Source of the DNA: Gammaproteobacteria bacterium
GTDB lineage: Bacteria; Pseudomonadota; Gammaproteobacteria; GCA-002705445; GCA-002716945
Direction: 5' to 3'
Assembly: GCA_038142325.1 (NCBI GenBank)
Contig: JAYQJW010000007.1
Location: 16,052-80,051 of the forward strand
Length of the DNA stretch: 64,000 nucleotides
The notes under the pieces were generated by a model that was not told the DNA's origin, made no database searches, and saw only the letters and a program-made list of their open reading frames with translations. The stretch's first letter is position 1. Each line of letters begins with the position of its first letter. Of this stretch, positions 61,359 to 64,000 are shown one piece after another. The translations under genes were made by a program, and so were the position numbers.

Positions 61359-61968
61359 TTTGTTCTAATCTTTCGGGTGTTCCAATATCCATCCAAACAC
61401 CATCGTAAATACTAAAAGCAATTTTCTCTTCAGCTCGTAGAATATCTCCTAATTCTTTATCTTTGTGGCTTTCGAATAAATTTTTATCATACTTTCCAAT
61501 ACCTGAGAATACGTAGTCAGTTCCAACTGATATCTTATTATCATTAATATCAAAATCACCTTTAAGGTAAGAGGGTGTTTTAATTAAAATGATATGAGCT
61601 AAGTTTTCATTTAGATCTGTATCTTTAAGCTTTTTCAATTCATAGTCTGTCCAAATATCACTATTTATTACTATGAAATTATTATCAAAATCTTTACTTA
61701 TATTTCTTATGCCTTGAGCTGTACCAAGAGGCTCATCCCCTTCATCGAAAATATTAATATTTTCTTGTGATGCTTTTATAAAATCGATAATGACATTTTT
61801 CTTATAAGCTACATTGATATTTATTTCTGTAAGATCTGCAGCTTTGCATAAATCAATTTTATTTTGTAGAAGTGACTGCCCATTAATTTCAAGCATGGGT
61901 TTAGGAGTATTTTCAGTCAGAGGCATCATTCTTGTACCTTTTCCAGATGATAAAATAATTACTTTCAT
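61330..61968 (-). CDS. murU: MurNAc-1-phosphate uridylyltransferase (MurU-like nucleotidyltransferase)
   Basis: GKGTRM.PLT..TPKP and WMDIGTPERL motifs; follows amgK. Confidence 0.85.
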   Translation of the reverse strand: MKVIILSSGKGTRMMPLTENTPKPMLEINGQSLLQNKIDLCKAADLTEININVAYKKNVIIDFIKASQENINIFDEGDEPLGTAQGIRNISKDFDNNFIVINSDIWTDYELKKLKDTDLNENLAHIILIKTPSYLKGDFDINDNKISVGTDYVFSGIGKYDKNLFESHKDKELGDILRAEEKIAFSIYDGVWMDIGTPERLEQIRQLEQGPK

Positions 61969-61969
61969 T

Positions 61970-62941
61970 TTATAATTTATTAGCAATCTCTAGGTTATTA
62001 AAAATTTCATTTAAGTTAGATAAATCTTTATATTTATTTAAGACTTTATCAACGTAAGCGTACGTTCTAGGGATATCTTTTAGATACCCATCTTTATTGT
62101 CTCTATAATTGAGTCTTGAAAATATTCCAATTGCTTTAATGTGTCTTTGTAGACCTGTGATATCAAACCAGTATCTAAAATCAGAAATACTATTGATTGA
62201 ATTAGATTTAATGCGAGTAAAAAAGCTCTCTAGCATATCCTCAATAAGCCCATCATCCCATGTGATATAACAATCTTTGAGAAGGGAGACTAAATCATAA
62301 GTAACAGGACCTAGAACTGCGTCTTGATAATCGATTACACCTGGATTATTTATATCGGTTACTAAAAGATTTCTTGAGTGAAAATCTCTGTGCACAAATG
62401 TCTTTGGAATATCTCTAATAATAGAATTTATTTTATCAAACTCATTGCTCAAATCAGACTTTAAACTATTATCTAAATCAATTTTTTGATGATGTTGCAA
62501 AAACCAGTCTGTAAATAATTTATTTTCCTCATCATATAAATTGTCAAAATTATCTAAACCAGATAAATCTGTATTCATTTGCATTTTAACAATTGTCTCC
62601 AGAGCATCTGTGTATAAGCAATACACTGTCTCTTTATCAAGTTTTTTGGAGTATAAATTATCTCCCAAATCTGAGATAACAAGAAAGCCATCATCTTCAT
62701 TACATTCAAATAGTTTAGGAACATTGATTTTAGCTTTTTGAAGTTTATCTGAGATTTTGATAAAAGCATCAAGGTTCTCTTTATCTGGTGGACAATCCAT
62801 CACAACATATGAAACAGCATCTTTGTCTACACGATAGTATTTTCTAAAACTGGCATCACCTGATAAAACTCGAAGACTAGAGACATCATAGTTGTTTTGA
62901 CTAAGCCAGCTCTCAAGCTTTTCGTGTCTGTTGCTATCCAT
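61970..62941 (-). CDS. amgK: Anomeric MurNAc/GlcNAc kinase AmgK
   Basis: GDASFRKYYR, HRDFHSRNL, IDYQDA and YDLVSLLKD motifs. Confidence 0.9.
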   Translation of the reverse strand: MDSNRHEKLESWLSQNNYDVSSLRVLSGDASFRKYYRVDKDAVSYVVMDCPPDKENLDAFIKISDKLQKAKINVPKLFECNEDDGFLVISDLGDNLYSKKLDKETVYCLYTDALETIVKMQMNTDLSGLDNFDNLYDEENKLFTDWFLQHHQKIDLDNSLKSDLSNEFDKINSIIRDIPKTFVHRDFHSRNLLVTDINNPGVIDYQDAVLGPVTYDLVSLLKDCYITWDDGLIEDMLESFFTRIKSNSINSISDFRYWFDITGLQRHIKAIGIFSRLNYRDNKDGYLKDIPRTYAYVDKVLNKYKDLSNLNEIFNNLEIANKL

Positions 62942-62970
62942 TTGGATATATTACTATATAATTTTTGTTT

Positions 62971-63336
62971 ATGAGTTCAAAAACACTAATAGATGAATCA
63001 TTAGAATTACAGCTTGAAGCAAAAAAGATTGGTCTTGACTGGATCGAGCTAGATAAAATACTAGATAAAATCCGAGAAGAGACAGACGAGCTGGATGAAG
63101 CTATTGCTAGTAAGAACCAAGAGCACATTATCGAAGAGTTTGGAGATTTATTTTTCTCACTTATTTCATTGTCTAGGCATTTGAATATTGATATGGATGA
63201 TTTAAATAAATCAGCAAATGATAAGTTTAAAAATAGGTTAGAAAAAATCAAAGAAGAAATGGATAAAAGAAATATCAAATATGCTGAGCCATCAGAGATG
63301 ATAGAAATTTGGAAAAGCATTAAGAATAAATCATAA
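62971..63336 (+). CDS. Single-domain MazG-like nucleotide pyrophosphohydrolase
   Basis: LQ..AKKIGLDW...KIREETDEL...EEFGDLFF, matching the C-terminal domain of MazG. Confidence 0.8.
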   Translation: MSSKTLIDESLELQLEAKKIGLDWIELDKILDKIREETDELDEAIASKNQEHIIEEFGDLFFSLISLSRHLNIDMDDLNKSANDKFKNRLEKIKEEMDKRNIKYAEPSEMIEIWKSIKNKS

Positions 63337-63369
63337 TATATTTTTTTCTTTCTTAAGTTACTTCTGAAA

Positions 63370-64000
63370 ATGTTTAAAATAAACAATTACTTTAAATTAT
63401 CATTTTTAATTCTCGCAAGCATTCCTGTTTATGCAGAGCGTCTAAGTGATCAAGATGTTACGATTAACTCTGGTGATACACAATCACATACAAACGCTAC
63501 CATTCTTTTGGATAGCGGTGGGCCATACACCATTAACAATGCAGGAAATATTATATCTACAGCTGGGAGCACTGTTATTGTTTACGTACCGACAGCTATT
63601 ACAAACTCTGGCCTGATTGATGCTAATACTTCAACTGGTAATTCAGTCTATACAGTTTGGTTTTCAAGCGGTTCTGATACCAGCTCTTTAAATAACAGTG
63701 GGACTATTTTTTCAGATCACTCCGGTAAGTATTCTGCAGGCGTTGTGGTAGACAGATCAAGGATATCCAGTATCATAAATACTGAAACAGGTACTATACA
63801 ATCTCAAAGCTCAACATATATTTCTAACGGCATTAGAATTCACTCTACTTCTGGCAGTTATGTAGCTGATATCACTAATGCAGGGACAATATCTGCTTCT
63901 TCATCCGGAATCGCATATGGTATCACTGCGAATGCTCAATCAGATGGTTTTGATACTGTTACTAATACGGGAACAATCACAGCTATTGGTGGGGGAGGAG
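63370..64000 (+). CDS. Secreted Ser/Thr/Gly/Asn-rich beta-helix-like protein (autotransporter/adhesin passenger-like), truncated by the window end
   Basis: Open frame from ATG 63370 to the window end. Signal peptide ...PVYA and repeated (I/L)xNxGxI motifs (INNAGNI, ITNSGLI, LNNSGTI, ITNAGTI, VTNTGTI). Confidence 0.75.
   Translation, partial: MFKINNYFKLSFLILASIPVYAERLSDQDVTINSGDTQSHTNATILLDSGGPYTINNAGNIISTAGSTVIVYVPTAITNSGLIDANTSTGNSVYTVWFSSGSDTSSLNNSGTIFSDHSGKYSAGVVVDRSRISSIINTETGTIQSQSSTYISNGIRIHSTSGSYVADITNAGTISASSSGIAYGITANAQSDGFDTVTNTGTITAIGGGG

Noticed and set aside
1-64000. tRNA/rRNA genes, prophage, IS elements, integrases, selenocysteine read-through
   Set aside because: No cloverleaf or rRNA-like GC-rich segments, no transposase, integrase or phage motifs, and no in-frame TGA at a catalytic Cys position were recognised.

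Overview
AT-rich chromosomal segment of a streamlined gammaproteobacterium, probably marine. The taxonomic call is inferred from gene order: ispH-fkpB-lspA-ileS-ribF-murJ | rpsT | proB-obgE-rpmA-rplU | ispB, rsmA-pdxA-surA-lptD, mrdA-rodA-mltB-dac and amgK-murU. The window holds: (1) a copper-uptake locus, with a DUF2946/CruR-like RAPP upstream ORF, an OprC-like TonB-dependent receptor and a lone exbB; (2) a complete oxidative-type dsrABEFHCMKLJOPNR sulfur-oxidation operon, with a divergent accessory arm carrying a TauD-like dioxygenase, an orphan Cas6 (no CRISPR array or other cas genes in the window) and a cysteine-less DsrC paralogue; (3) housekeeping blocks; (4) a sigma54/NtrC-type amtB, a divergent AlkB-family monooxygenase with helically phased upstream repeats, and a tandem SAM-II/SAM-V-like riboswitch (promoter, aptamer, terminator/antiterminator, second aptamer over the RBS) in front of a protein of unknown function; (5) a minimal, degenerate pyruvate-kinase-like barrel, a probable BamE-LptD fusion, a Tat-exported DUF1326 + Met-rich DUF2182 pair, and the start of a secreted beta-helix-like protein. 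About ten frameshifts sit in short homopolymers, some in housekeeping genes, and look like long-read assembly errors rather than pseudogenes. No tRNA, rRNA, CRISPR array, transposase or integrase was seen. All family assignments come from motif recognition by eye; no database search was run.
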